Virus record (IMG/VR): IMGVR_UViG_3300020036_000999
Location: 1 to 38,078 of that record
DNA length: 38,078 bases
DNA from: a virus
Reading direction: 5' to 3' (one strand)
The position numbers and the translations under genes were made by a program. The first letter of the stretch is position 1. Each line of letters opens with the position of its first letter. Shown piece by piece: positions 8,672-16,768 of this stretch. A model generated the notes under the pieces. The model worked only from the letters and a program-made list of their open reading frames with translations, was not told the origin of the DNA and ran no database searches.

Positions 8672-9492
8672 CGCACAAACTTCCCATAGATAGTTGTACC
8701 TGCATCACGAGTCCAAAGTAAGCACCAGTCTGTACCCGATGTTTGCAAAGTCACACCGTTAGACGAGAACGTAGTCGTTGTCGCGCCAGTAGAGGTAATC
8801 CAGTTAATCGTTGGCCATGTAATCGTACCCGCAGCGCCTAAGTTAACCCCTTCAATTAAAAGTTCACCTAAGTTACCCGATGGCGGCCAGTTTGTGATTG
8901 AGAGCGTAGGACTGCTTGATGCCGTTGGTGCCCAGCGTTGCTGAGAGCCGTTAGTAAAATCTAAAGCCGCTGTGGTACTGCTGTTGTAGTAAACCCAGCC
9001 AGTATCTTTATACATCGCCCGAGTCAGTGAGTAATCACCACCCGTTAAGTTACCACCAAGCGTTGATGCACTAAGCGTAATACCAGCAGGCAATGTAGGC
9101 GTACCCGATAAGTTAGCCGCTGTAGTTGCTGTGTGCGCATTACCTGTCGTGCTCTGGTTCCATGTCGGTACAGTACCACTTAGATTAGCGTAGGTGTATC
9201 CAGTACAGTTTGTTAACGTACCACTCGAAGGCGTACCTAATACCCCGCCAATAGCAACGTAGTCTGTGCCAGCAGTTGCGTCTGTAAAAGCACTTGTGCC
9301 ATTACCTTTTACCAATCCGGTTAGTGTTGTTGCACCTGTGCCGCCTTGTGCTACTGTTAATGCTGTTGTCAAACCAGAAAGCGAAGTAATATCACTATTT
9401 GCGCCAGATGCAGCTAAACCGGTTACGGTGTCGCCTGTTTGTAATTCTTGAATAGCCGCCCCATTTAGGACTAGAGGGTATCGTGCTGTCAT
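8668..9492 (-). CDS. Tail fibre protein
   Basis: 274 aa, Gly/Thr/Ser-rich, with the common fibre motif A.GGTGATT..G...LG. ATGA overlap with the next gene. Confidence 0.6.
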   Translation of the reverse strand: MTARYPLVLNGAAIQELQTGDTVTGLAASGANSDITSLSGLTTALTVAQGGTGATTLTGLVKGNGTSAFTDATAGTDYVAIGGVLGTPSSGTLTNCTGYTYANLSGTVPTWNQSTTGNAHTATTAANLSGTPTLPAGITLSASTLGGNLTGGDYSLTRAMYKDTGWVYYNSSTTAALDFTNGSQQRWAPTASSSPTLSITNWPPSGNLGELLIEGVNLGAAGTITWPTINWITSTGATTTTFSSNGVTLQTSGTDWCLLWTRDAGTTIYGKFVR

Positions 9493-9920
9493 TAGCTCAC
9501 GCTCACGTTAATTGTTGACCCTGAATGATTCAGCACAGGAAGATACCCGTTTGCTAACGCAACTTGAATCACCGATGATGAATGATTTAATACTTGTAAT
9601 GTTGTGGCTGGAATAGCACGTTCAGCAGGTAGCGTTACAAATACGTCTTTAGTACCTGAAGTAAATGTGACTAAACTGCCAGCGTTACTAGATGCCAATA
9701 CAGTGGTTCTGGCAAGTGTGTTACCAGAGCTTGCGTAAGTGCCAATTCCTACTTCCCAATTTGCGCCTGTCTGGTCTGCAATGGTGTAGTAAGTGGTATT
9801 TCCATCTCCTACCGCAGCAGAAAATGATTGGTATCCTGTCGCCGCGCCCGCTAAAGTAATAGCGGTAGTGCCTGTAGAAGTCGTCGTTTCCTTAACTCTA
9901 TCCGCTAAAATTAACGTCAT
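9492..9920 (-). CDS. Tail fibre-associated protein
   Basis: 142 aa. The motif GY.sF......g....Y.i.d..g..WEvG.Gty.s..ntL.Rt.vl.SSN.g recurs at N-termini of podovirus fibre proteins. TAATG coupling on both sides. Confidence 0.45.
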   Translation of the reverse strand: MTLILADRVKETTTSTGTTAITLAGAATGYQSFSAAVGDGNTTYYTIADQTGANWEVGIGTYASSGNTLARTTVLASSNAGSLVTFTSGTKDVFVTLPAERAIPATTLQVLNHSSSVIQVALANGYLPVLNHSGSTINVSVS

Positions 9921-10291
9921 TATGCGTTGCCTTCTGTAATTGTAGCTGATGAAATTGCTACGCTATCGCCTGTTGTAATAGCTGTACTAGACAAATTGAT
10001 ATTACTGCCTGACGTTCCAACAGTTAACCCAGAAATAACAAGCGTTGTGCCATCAGATTTATAAATACTTGCATTAGTTGCTGTTCCTGTCGCTCCCGCT
10101 GTTCCAGCGGTGATTGAGCTTAGCGTAATGACGCCGCCAGACGCTGCGCCGGCAAAAGGCGTTCCGCAAGTACATTCTGCCAATTCAACTGCACCTGCTG
10201 TGTAAATGCGCAGTTTTGCGCCGTTGCCAGCAAAAGTAGTAATTGCGTCCGCGCGGGAATTGCGCAATGTGGTATTAAGTGAAACTGCCAT
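9920..10291 (-). CDS. Small Gly/Thr/Ala-rich structural protein
   Basis: 123-aa ORF directly after the portal stop (TAA ATG). Confidence 0.4.
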   Translation of the reverse strand: MAVSLNTTLRNSRADAITTFAGNGAKLRIYTAGAVELAECTCGTPFAGAASGGVITLSSITAGTAGATGTATNASIYKSDGTTLVISGLTVGTSGSNINLSSTAITTGDSVAISSATITEGNA

Positions 10292-12508
10292 TTATTTGAC
10301 TCCTATAATTCTGCCGTTAGCATCTCGAACAACTTGTTTTGGTCGAGTTACTTGGTTGTGCATTTCAGACATTCTGTCGAGTAATGCTTGGTTCTGTTGG
10401 TTTGCAAGTGTCATCATTTGCGTCATGTTCATATTTACGTTTTCAATGACATTGTTTAGTGATGTTGATAATACGCTATTCAACTGTGGGTTTCCAGTTT
10501 CATCAAGTTCTGTCATTGAATCTTCTTTACCTGCATTTAAACTTAAAACGTGTTGCTTCATACTGTTTTGAGCTTGTATCTGCGCAATGGTAATCTTTGT
10601 ATCATTATCAAGCTGTGTTTTCCACTTATCAAACTCAAGTTTAGCTTGTTCAAGCTGATTGCTGGCTTGAAGTTTAACTTGTTCAAGTTGCATTGTCGCC
10701 TGCTCTGATTGCTGTTGTGCTTGCATTTTCATTTGGGCAATTTGAGCCTCTGCTTGTGTACGCTGTTCGTCTTTGCTTGGTGGTTGCGGCCCTGCTGCTT
10801 TTTTGGTTGCTTGGTCAACAAACTGCTCAAGGACACCTTCAAGTTCTCTGCCCGCTTTAAACCCACGAACGCCATAAAGCAATAGCTCTCCAACTAACGG
10901 CGCCATTGCAGGGTCTTCTTTAACCGCGCCAATGCCGTCTTTAATAAAGCCGCTTACCGCCGTCAAAAATTCCATGCGGTTTTGCTTTTCAGTCTGCTTA
11001 TCAAGCTCAACTAGCGTGTCTGTTTCAATATCAATATTGAACACCCTAGCAGGCTCATTTTTAAGCAGCTGAATCGCTTGCTCTACAAATTGCGCGTCAG
11101 GCGTGTTCATAATGCCTGATACTTCAACTAAGGTCTGTGGTTGGTATTTCGAGCAGATAATCTCTGACTTCATGCGTAGAATTTCACGCGCAAAGCGATA
11201 CAGCCCGTCTTTCATGTTGCCAAGACGTAGTGACGCAAACTGACTCTTAATTTGCTGTGCTGTCGCGGTTTCACTCGCTACCGACGCGCCGCGCATGATG
11301 TCGGACAGGCCAGTTGTTTCGTAAATAATTTGCTTACATGACTCACGCGCTTGATATAGCTGTTGCAGTGCAGACGCAACGTCGCCAAGTGGCATAAATT
11401 GCACAGCACCTTGCAGTCCGCCTTTTTCAACAAACGCCGCCCAATTTTTGACAGGGACAAGCACCCCATCATTACCTTCTTTCATCAAGCGTTCAATTGC
11501 AGGCTCGTCCGCCGCGTAGATGCCCATGACTTTGAGTGCTTTGGTCAAATGCTTGATTCGACCTGTTAGCTCGTCAATTTCGTCTGCTTGGTCTTGATAG
11601 AGTAGGAAATCTGCTACAGGAATCAGCGTCCCTGTCGATGTAGTGGCAAAGTAAGGCTTAGGGCAGGGGAAGAAGTTTGAAAGCTCTAGCGGGTCATCTC
11701 TGTGGTCTAAAATGACATCGTACTGCTCCGCTATCCAATAGACGCATTTTTCTGCTTTTGACCAGATTTCCCAGATTTCCGCCTTTTTATCCGCTTTAGT
11801 GGTTTCTTTGTCGCCGTCTTTACGGTTTGATGTGTTAGTTAACGGAACTTTCTCAAAGATGTCGCCAAAGCGGTCAACCCCTTCGTCTAAGGTCATATAG
11901 ACGCGTCGTGCTACCCATGTCACCTCGTCCCACGTCCGAGCAGGTAGATGTGCAAAGTCCTGCCAATAGACATAATCCACCGGTGTTGTTTCAGACACAA
12001 CGTGTTCGTAGACTTCCGTCTGCGCCAGCCCGTTTTCTTCGTCCAACGTGCGCTCAGGTGAGTATTCTTCCCCACCTATCTCCGCATAATTGGTAATTTC
12101 AGGCTCAAACGCTTCAATCTTTGGCTCATAGCGTAGCCACGCCACGCCTCTGCCCGGAAGAAGCCTATCATCCACCACGCAAGACAGCGTATCGTGAAAA
12201 TCAGGGTATTCTTTAATCTCAAAGTCAAGAACGCGCTCTAAAATCATCGCCGCTACTCTGCCGGCGTTATTTTTATCATCAAAACGTCTTGAAATGTCAG
12301 GATTGGGCGGTTTTGCGTAAATTGCCGGTTTTAGCGTCTGTACGTTAGACCAAAGAATGTTAAATCGTGCGTCCGCTTGCTCTGCGTCCTTACGCTCGTC
12401 GCGGTAACGCTTGACAATCTTCTCGCCACGCTCGGTCCACTTCTTATATTCTTCTTGGTAGCGCGATATTTCGTCGTGCCAAGGCTGTGCTGATAGTTTG
12501 TCACTCAT
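10292..12508 (-). CDS. Portal protein
   Basis: 738 aa, TAATG-coupled to the large terminase gene. Long Q/E-rich coiled-coil C-terminus (..QAEAQIAQMKMQAQQQSEQATMQLEQVKLQ..), as in barrel-bearing podovirus portals. Confidence 0.8.
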   Translation of the reverse strand: MSDKLSAQPWHDEISRYQEEYKKWTERGEKIVKRYRDERKDAEQADARFNILWSNVQTLKPAIYAKPPNPDISRRFDDKNNAGRVAAMILERVLDFEIKEYPDFHDTLSCVVDDRLLPGRGVAWLRYEPKIEAFEPEITNYAEIGGEEYSPERTLDEENGLAQTEVYEHVVSETTPVDYVYWQDFAHLPARTWDEVTWVARRVYMTLDEGVDRFGDIFEKVPLTNTSNRKDGDKETTKADKKAEIWEIWSKAEKCVYWIAEQYDVILDHRDDPLELSNFFPCPKPYFATTSTGTLIPVADFLLYQDQADEIDELTGRIKHLTKALKVMGIYAADEPAIERLMKEGNDGVLVPVKNWAAFVEKGGLQGAVQFMPLGDVASALQQLYQARESCKQIIYETTGLSDIMRGASVASETATAQQIKSQFASLRLGNMKDGLYRFAREILRMKSEIICSKYQPQTLVEVSGIMNTPDAQFVEQAIQLLKNEPARVFNIDIETDTLVELDKQTEKQNRMEFLTAVSGFIKDGIGAVKEDPAMAPLVGELLLYGVRGFKAGRELEGVLEQFVDQATKKAAGPQPPSKDEQRTQAEAQIAQMKMQAQQQSEQATMQLEQVKLQASNQLEQAKLEFDKWKTQLDNDTKITIAQIQAQNSMKQHVLSLNAGKEDSMTELDETGNPQLNSVLSTSLNNVIENVNMNMTQMMTLANQQNQALLDRMSEMHNQVTRPKQVVRDANGRIIGVK

Positions 12509-13812
12509 TATATTCGTCTACCTCTACGTTTCGAGCTGTGTTCCCACAACTCCTCTAAGGACTGGTCTTCCCAGAATTTTGCTTTGGGTTTTGGCGCTGC
12601 GTCTGGTCGTTGTTCACGCCATGCAAGACACGCGTACCGGAAAGCGTCAGCAAAGTGAGATGTCCAATCGTGTTTAGGTCGTTCATTAAACACCTTTTTG
12701 TCCACATTATACTCTCTTTGGTACTGTGTTAGCGCTTCCATTCCTTCTTTGCAACTTGGGTCGAACCAACAGTTTGCTAATGATAACCTAGCGGCTTGTA
12801 TCCCGTCCATAAGTGATATGTTTGGCACAATTCTAGGCGACCACCCAAGTGACCTAAACTGCTCCTCGATACTTCTGCCTGTTTGCAGTGATTTAGCCTT
12901 CGCATCGTGCGGCAAGTACAGCCATTCGCCGTAATCATAGCCTTTACTCTGCAAAATGTCATGATAGTGCGCGATAGGCATACCGCTGTTGCTGTAGCAG
13001 TCAATAAACCTAAGCTCTTTGCCCGCCACTTGGAACCACCAAATCGCCGTGTCGTCACTCCACCCCAAATCGATAGCCGCAAATGTCTTGAGCTTGCGGT
13101 CATAGCAAGGTCTTTCCCTGCCCGACTGCTTCACTTCGTACATTTCCTTACCATATATCGCCCCCGGTATCGCCGCGTCGAAGTTGCACTCCATCTCTTG
13201 CAGCCATGCGTCCTCCGACAACTCCTTCCTCAACGCGTCTATTTCCTCTTGGTCGAGGATACCCGAATTTGAAGCTGTCAACAGCAGGGTAAAACAGTCC
13301 TTATCTTGTTTACCCGCTTCAAAACGTTCATAAAAGCTATTCTTACCCTTTGGCGTTCCAATAATTATCGCCCACCCTTTGCGGTCAGCCAGCGCAGGAC
13401 GGATAACATATGGCCATACAGTTGACTTCCAATCGCCATACTCGTCAGCAATAATCCCGTCAAAGTAAAGACCGCGCAACCTGTCAGGATTGTCAGCACC
13501 AAATAACTGAATACGCGCCCCGTTTGGAAAATCGAGTCGTAATTCACTTTCGTTCACCTTTATGTTGGGTATGGGTTTTGTAAACGTCTTACAGTAATCC
13601 CAGATTACTTGTTTTGCCTGTGAGTAGTATGGGCAGATGTAGGCATACCTACCATCTCCACTAGCGTCCATACAAGCACACTTTATCAATTCGTTAATAC
13701 ACGCTACCGACTTGCCCGCCCTTCTGTGAGCAACCACAACTGCCCATCTTTCTTTTCTTGCGTGGAGTGGTCGAAATACATCTCTTGGCTTATAGGGTAT
13801 GACAACCTTCAT
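12508..13812 (-). CDS. terL: Terminase large subunit
   Basis: Walker A-like AHRRAGKS, Walker B-like GIIADEYGDW, and a C-terminal nuclease region with conserved acidic residues. Start refined to ATG 13812 (ATGA overlap with the upstream stop); the track start is a GTG. Confidence 0.85.
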   Translation of the reverse strand: MKVVIPYKPRDVFRPLHARKERWAVVVAHRRAGKSVACINELIKCACMDASGDGRYAYICPYYSQAKQVIWDYCKTFTKPIPNIKVNESELRLDFPNGARIQLFGADNPDRLRGLYFDGIIADEYGDWKSTVWPYVIRPALADRKGWAIIIGTPKGKNSFYERFEAGKQDKDCFTLLLTASNSGILDQEEIDALRKELSEDAWLQEMECNFDAAIPGAIYGKEMYEVKQSGRERPCYDRKLKTFAAIDLGWSDDTAIWWFQVAGKELRFIDCYSNSGMPIAHYHDILQSKGYDYGEWLYLPHDAKAKSLQTGRSIEEQFRSLGWSPRIVPNISLMDGIQAARLSLANCWFDPSCKEGMEALTQYQREYNVDKKVFNERPKHDWTSHFADAFRYACLAWREQRPDAAPKPKAKFWEDQSLEELWEHSSKRRGRRI

Positions 13813-14186
13813 GATTCCCACCCTATGACAAGGCTTGCCGCTGTGCCGTCCGCGTTAGTGATACCAAACGCCACTTTGTTTTGCTCTTTAGCGCTTGCCC
13901 ACCCGTGTACGTTCTGAAGGATAGCTAACGCCGCCTTTGTGTCGCCACCTAGCGCCGCGTCTTTTAACACCTGTGCCATTTGCGCCTCTGCGTCGGCAGC
14001 ACCCTTCATCGTCATTAACTCGACGTTTGGGTCTAGCTGGCACAGTTGCCGATACTCGCTTGGAAGTAGCCCCGCAGCAAGGGCGAGCTTGTCACCCTTT
14101 AGCCCAAGCGCTGACGCATCGTAAATGGCGTTTAGGCGCGCCTCTGTCACTTTTAACTCTCTTGGTGAATATGGAAATGATTGCAT
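13809..14186 (-). CDS. Putative terminase small subunit
   Basis: 125-aa helical ORF immediately upstream of and overlapping terL, and the first gene of the late operon. Assigned by position only. Confidence 0.45.
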   Translation of the reverse strand: MQSFPYSPRELKVTEARLNAIYDASALGLKGDKLALAAGLLPSEYRQLCQLDPNVELMTMKGAADAEAQMAQVLKDAALGGDTKAALAILQNVHGWASAKEQNKVAFGITNADGTAASLVIGWES

Positions 14187-14295
14187 GGTCGCATGAATCC
14201 TTAGCTTGTGAAAAATATTTATAATATATATGGAAATGACTTTTTTGGCTGTGAATGTTTTGCATCGCCTTCGGAATTGAACGCCCCCCCCTATG

Positions 14296-14311
14296 CGTCA
14301 ATTATTTGACG
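14296..14311. promoter_or_regulatory. Operator-like palindrome CGTCAA-ttat-TTGACG (copy 1)
   Basis: Perfect 6-bp arms with a 4-bp spacer, preceded by C8-TAT. Confidence 0.5.
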
Positions 14312-14481
14312 GTATATATGAAAAATGCTTTTACTATATGTGAAAACGCTAATGTTGGAGATGGTAGGCCTGCCAGTCGTCTTGTCAAGTCCTCCCCACC
14401 TGCGCTTTTTTATTTTATTTTAACCCCCCCCTATCGCTGCAAGCCACGAAATACGCGGGCTGCAGAGGATTCAAGGATAAG

Positions 14482-14497
14482 TGTCAATTATTTGACG
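14482..14497. promoter_or_regulatory. Operator-like palindrome TGTCAA-ttat-TTGACG (copy 2)
   Basis: Same motif as copy 1. Shares the left flank AAGGaTAAG with copy 3. Confidence 0.5.
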
Positions 14498-14516
14498 TTA
14501 TTGCAAGTCTTTGATT

Positions 14517-14544
14517 CTTATAGCTTATTAAGGGTAAGCGTCAA
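14517..14544 (-). promoter_or_regulatory. Candidate sigma70-type promoter facing the terminase/late operon
   Basis: On the minus strand: TTGACG (14544..14539), 16 nt, TATAAG (14522..14517). The -35 is one arm of palindrome 3. Confidence 0.4.
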
Positions 14545-14554
14545 TATATTGACA
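14539..14554. promoter_or_regulatory. Operator-like palindrome CGTCAA-tata-TTGACA (copy 3; core GTCAATATATTGAC is a perfect 14-mer palindrome)
   Basis: Read directly. Overlaps the -35 of the candidate minus-strand promoter. Confidence 0.5.
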
Positions 14555-14587
14555 CTATGGCTACCTTGCACCGGCTTGACTAGGTTT

Positions 14588-14958
14588 GTAGGCAGTCGTT
14601 ACCAGTCTTTTCTGCACTGCCTACAATTGACAACGACACACTTTGCCAGATTGCACCCGTCTAAAAGTGTAGGCAGTGTAGGCAGTGTAGGCACTGCCTA
14701 CAAAGTCGCCAGAAATTCGTGGAGAGTTATACGGCTTATAATATATACATCTAATTTTTAAAGTAGATAATGGTATACCAACAACCACCCACAATCCCGC
14801 CAGCATAGAGCGGGCGTGGGCGCGCGCGTAGGCAGTCAATTGATTGCTAAACTACCCACCGCATACAGACACGCTACCAACAAACAACAAAAAGTATTGC
14901 AAAAGTTAAAACTTGCTGTATAATCTTTTGCAAGTCGTCACTTTTGGCGACTGCCTAC
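14588..14958. repeat. Cluster of 8 copies of the 9-mer GTAGGCAGT / ACTGCCTAC
   Basis: Forward copies at 14588, 14669, 14678, 14687 (one mismatch) and 14828. Reverse copies at 14616, 14693 and 14950. 14669..14701 is three tandem copies abutting an inverted copy. Two reverse copies extend to ACTGCCTACAAT(T)GACAAC. Confidence 0.85.
14897..14933 (+). promoter_or_regulatory. Near-consensus early promoter of the ardA operon, embedded in a 9-bp perfect inverted repeat
   Basis: TTGCAA (14897..14902), 16 nt, TATAAT (14919..14924). TTGCAAAAG (14897..14905) pairs with CTTTTGCAA (14925..14933). The ardA ATG is 63 nt downstream of the -10. Confidence 0.6.
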
Positions 14959-14986
14959 AATGACAACAATTTGAGAGACTACCAAC

Positions 14987-15469
14987 ATGAAAATTTACGT
15001 CGGAACATATAACAAGTATAACAATGGCAGCATTGCAGGCGCGTGGCTAGATTTAAGCGACTACAATGACGCCGAACAATTTATCGACGCGTGTAAGGAA
15101 TTACACAATGATGAAATTGACCCTGAATTGATGTTTCAAGATTTTGATGACATACACAAAAACTATTGCCGCGAGTGTATCGACATTGCTGAAGTCTATT
15201 ATTATGTCAACGCTTGCAATGGTGATGGTAAAGACGTCATTGATGCAGGGCTTGATTGTGAAATACCACTTGATTCAATCATGGACGCGTATATCGGCGG
15301 TTATGAAAGTGATGTTGATTTTGCTTACGATATGGCCGAACAATGTGGCTACTTAACCTTAGAGACTAACGCGTGGCCGTATAACTGCATTGACTGGCAT
15401 AAAGCGGCGCGCGAGTTAATGTTTGATAACGTAGAATCAAAAGGTCATTACTTTAACTGTCATTTTTAA
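14987..15469 (+). CDS. ardA: ArdA-family antirestriction protein (DNA mimic, anti type I restriction-modification)
   Basis: The N-terminus MKIYVGTYNKYNNGSIAGAWLDLS matches the ArdA signature (YvanLg.YNeG.L.GaW.dl). Highly acidic. The C-terminal CIDWHKAARELM resembles ArdA YIDY.AYGRDL. Confidence 0.85.
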   Translation: MKIYVGTYNKYNNGSIAGAWLDLSDYNDAEQFIDACKELHNDEIDPELMFQDFDDIHKNYCRECIDIAEVYYYVNACNGDGKDVIDAGLDCEIPLDSIMDAYIGGYESDVDFAYDMAEQCGYLTLETNAWPYNCIDWHKAARELMFDNVESKGHYFNCHF

Positions 15470-15547
15470 GATTCCAGCGTGTAGCGCGTGGCTAACGTCG
15501 CGCGTTATGCGGTGTAATTTTGCACCTAATAAAAATAAGGTTTAACA

Positions 15548-15814
15548 ATGAAAACATATAGAATTTTATCAATTGACGCGTGGCGTGAATGTGAGGGTTA
15601 CACTTGGAACGCGTGGTATGACGCGGGCGATATTACACCCGACGCAATCCATTGGAACGCGCGTAAGCTGCTGAAATATTTTCGTGATAACGGTTTTTTA
15701 ACTGAAAAAAGCGCCGGTAAATGTGCAATTGAAGACGACCAGTATAATATTGTTATTGTTGAACGTTCAACGCGCCGGCCCTTGTTTGCTATTGAATATG
15801 GGGTAGACAACTAA
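15548..15814 (+). CDS. Hypothetical early protein (Trp-rich; SIDAWRECEGYTWNAWYD)
   Basis: 88-aa ORF with an AAGG SD-like sequence upstream, co-oriented with ardA. Confidence 0.5.
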   Translation: MKTYRILSIDAWRECEGYTWNAWYDAGDITPDAIHWNARKLLKYFRDNGFLTEKSAGKCAIEDDQYNIVIVERSTRRPLFAIEYGVDN

Positions 15815-16032
15815 TGACGACTATATACCTAGAATTTATTGACGCCCCTATGTGGTATCACACGCGCGGGTTAATGCAAACCGCAACAGGTTACGGTCGC
15901 AAACTAAACACCGGCAAAAAAGCTATTGTAGGCGACAAAGAATATCGCGTTTATGCTAGTTGCTTCTCAAATGTAGCGTGTCTTTATATCATCATTAAAG
16001 GCGTCAAAATTTACGTTGATAACTGGAAATAA
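15814..16032 (+). CDS. Hypothetical early protein
   Basis: 72 aa, TAATG-coupled to the upstream ORF. Contains the motif TGYGRKL.T......eYRVY...FSN. Confidence 0.5.
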   Translation: MTTIYLEFIDAPMWYHTRGLMQTATGYGRKLNTGKKAIVGDKEYRVYASCFSNVACLYIIIKGVKIYVDNWK

Positions 16033-16036
16033 TAAA

Positions 16037-16234
16037 ATGAAAACATATTTAATAAATGACGACGAATTATTCAATTATAGGGTTGAAGCTACCAGTTACC
16101 ACCAAGCCATTGCACTATTTAAAGACTTATATCGCGTTCAAGGCCGGTTACGGTTGACGGCGCGTTATGCAAACGTTAAAGAATACAAACTTGATAAATC
16201 AAACTATAAATTTAGCATAAAGGAACTAACATGA
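16037..16234 (+). CDS. Hypothetical early protein
   Basis: Start refined to ATG 16037 (MKTYLINDDE...); the track start at 16016 is a TTG. 65 aa. Confidence 0.45.
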   Translation: MKTYLINDDELFNYRVEATSYHQAIALFKDLYRVQGRLRLTARYANVKEYKLDKSNYKFSIKELT

Positions 16235-16293
16235 TAATAATATTTTTGATGCTGATTAAATTCGCAATACTGGCGATAATGCTAGAAAACTAA
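16231..16293 (+). CDS. Possible 20-aa hydrophobic micro-peptide (MIIIFLMLIKFAILAIMLEN)
   Basis: ATGA overlap with the upstream stop. It ends 8 nt before the terminator. Not in the ORF track (under 60 aa). Very short, so uncertain. Confidence 0.25.
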   Translation: MIIIFLMLIKFAILAIMLEN

Positions 16294-16300
16294 ACAAAGA

Positions 16301-16326
16301 ACCCGCGATAACAAGCGGGTTTTTTA
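16301..16326 (+). terminator. Rho-independent terminator of the ardA operon (first of two)
   Basis: ACCCGC-gataacaa-GCGGGT followed by TTTTTAT. Confidence 0.8.
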
Positions 16327-16343
16327 TTGCATCAAACAATTGC

Positions 16344-16365
16344 AAGGGCTTAACGCCCTTTTTTA
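16344..16365 (+). terminator. Second tandem rho-independent terminator
   Basis: AAGGGC-ttaac-GCCCTT followed by TTTTAT. Confidence 0.7.
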
Positions 16366-16540
16366 TTGCCTACCATTTAACGGCCTACAATGGCCGATAG
16401 ACTGCAAAACAATTTAAAGCAATACTACCCTACGCCTTATCATTCAATCAACCAATGACAAGCCAATAAAAGCTATTCTATAACCCTATTCAATAGCAGG
16501 TGTAGCACGGGTTAACAGGCAATTGAACGCGTAAAATCTT

Positions 16541-16655
16541 ATTTGATGGTCATTTGATAGGCTCAGAATTTCAAATCTGGTAAGGGCTAGGATTTCAAAT
16601 CTAATGAACGGCCAAATTCTGCCACGAAACGATTTGCAAAATTCTGCCACGAAAC
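16541..16655. repeat. Three pairs of short direct repeats (iteron-like)
   Basis: ATTTGAT at 16541 and 16552 (11-bp phase). ATTTCAAATCT at 16568 and 16592. AAATTCTGCCACGAAAC at 16614 and 16639 (25-bp phase). Confidence 0.8.
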
Positions 16656-16661
16656 CGATTG

Positions 16662-16730
<69 letters not shown>

Positions 16731-16768
16731 CCATGAACTAACAATTAGAGAGAATTGTTAGAGGTATG

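Noticed and set aside
14284-14434. C8 tracts (G8 on the minus strand) plus GGTGGGGAGG as a G-quadruplex in the late-operon leader
   Set aside because: Only two long G runs are present, separated by about 130 nt, plus one short run. The spacing does not fit a canonical intramolecular G4. It is kept only as part of the repeat description of the control region.
14669-14701. Tandem GTAGGCAGT copies as a possible mini-CRISPR array
   Set aside because: The units are 9 bp and directly abutting, with no spacers. No cas genes or leader are present. They behave as binding-site repeats, not a CRISPR array.
14255-14761. 168-aa plus-strand ORF spanning the large intergenic region
   Set aside because: It runs straight through the palindromes, the C8 tracts and the tandem GTAGGCAGT repeats (giving VGSVGSVG). 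It has no SD, uses a non-ATG or weak start and has an odd composition. It is far more likely a chance frame in regulatory DNA.
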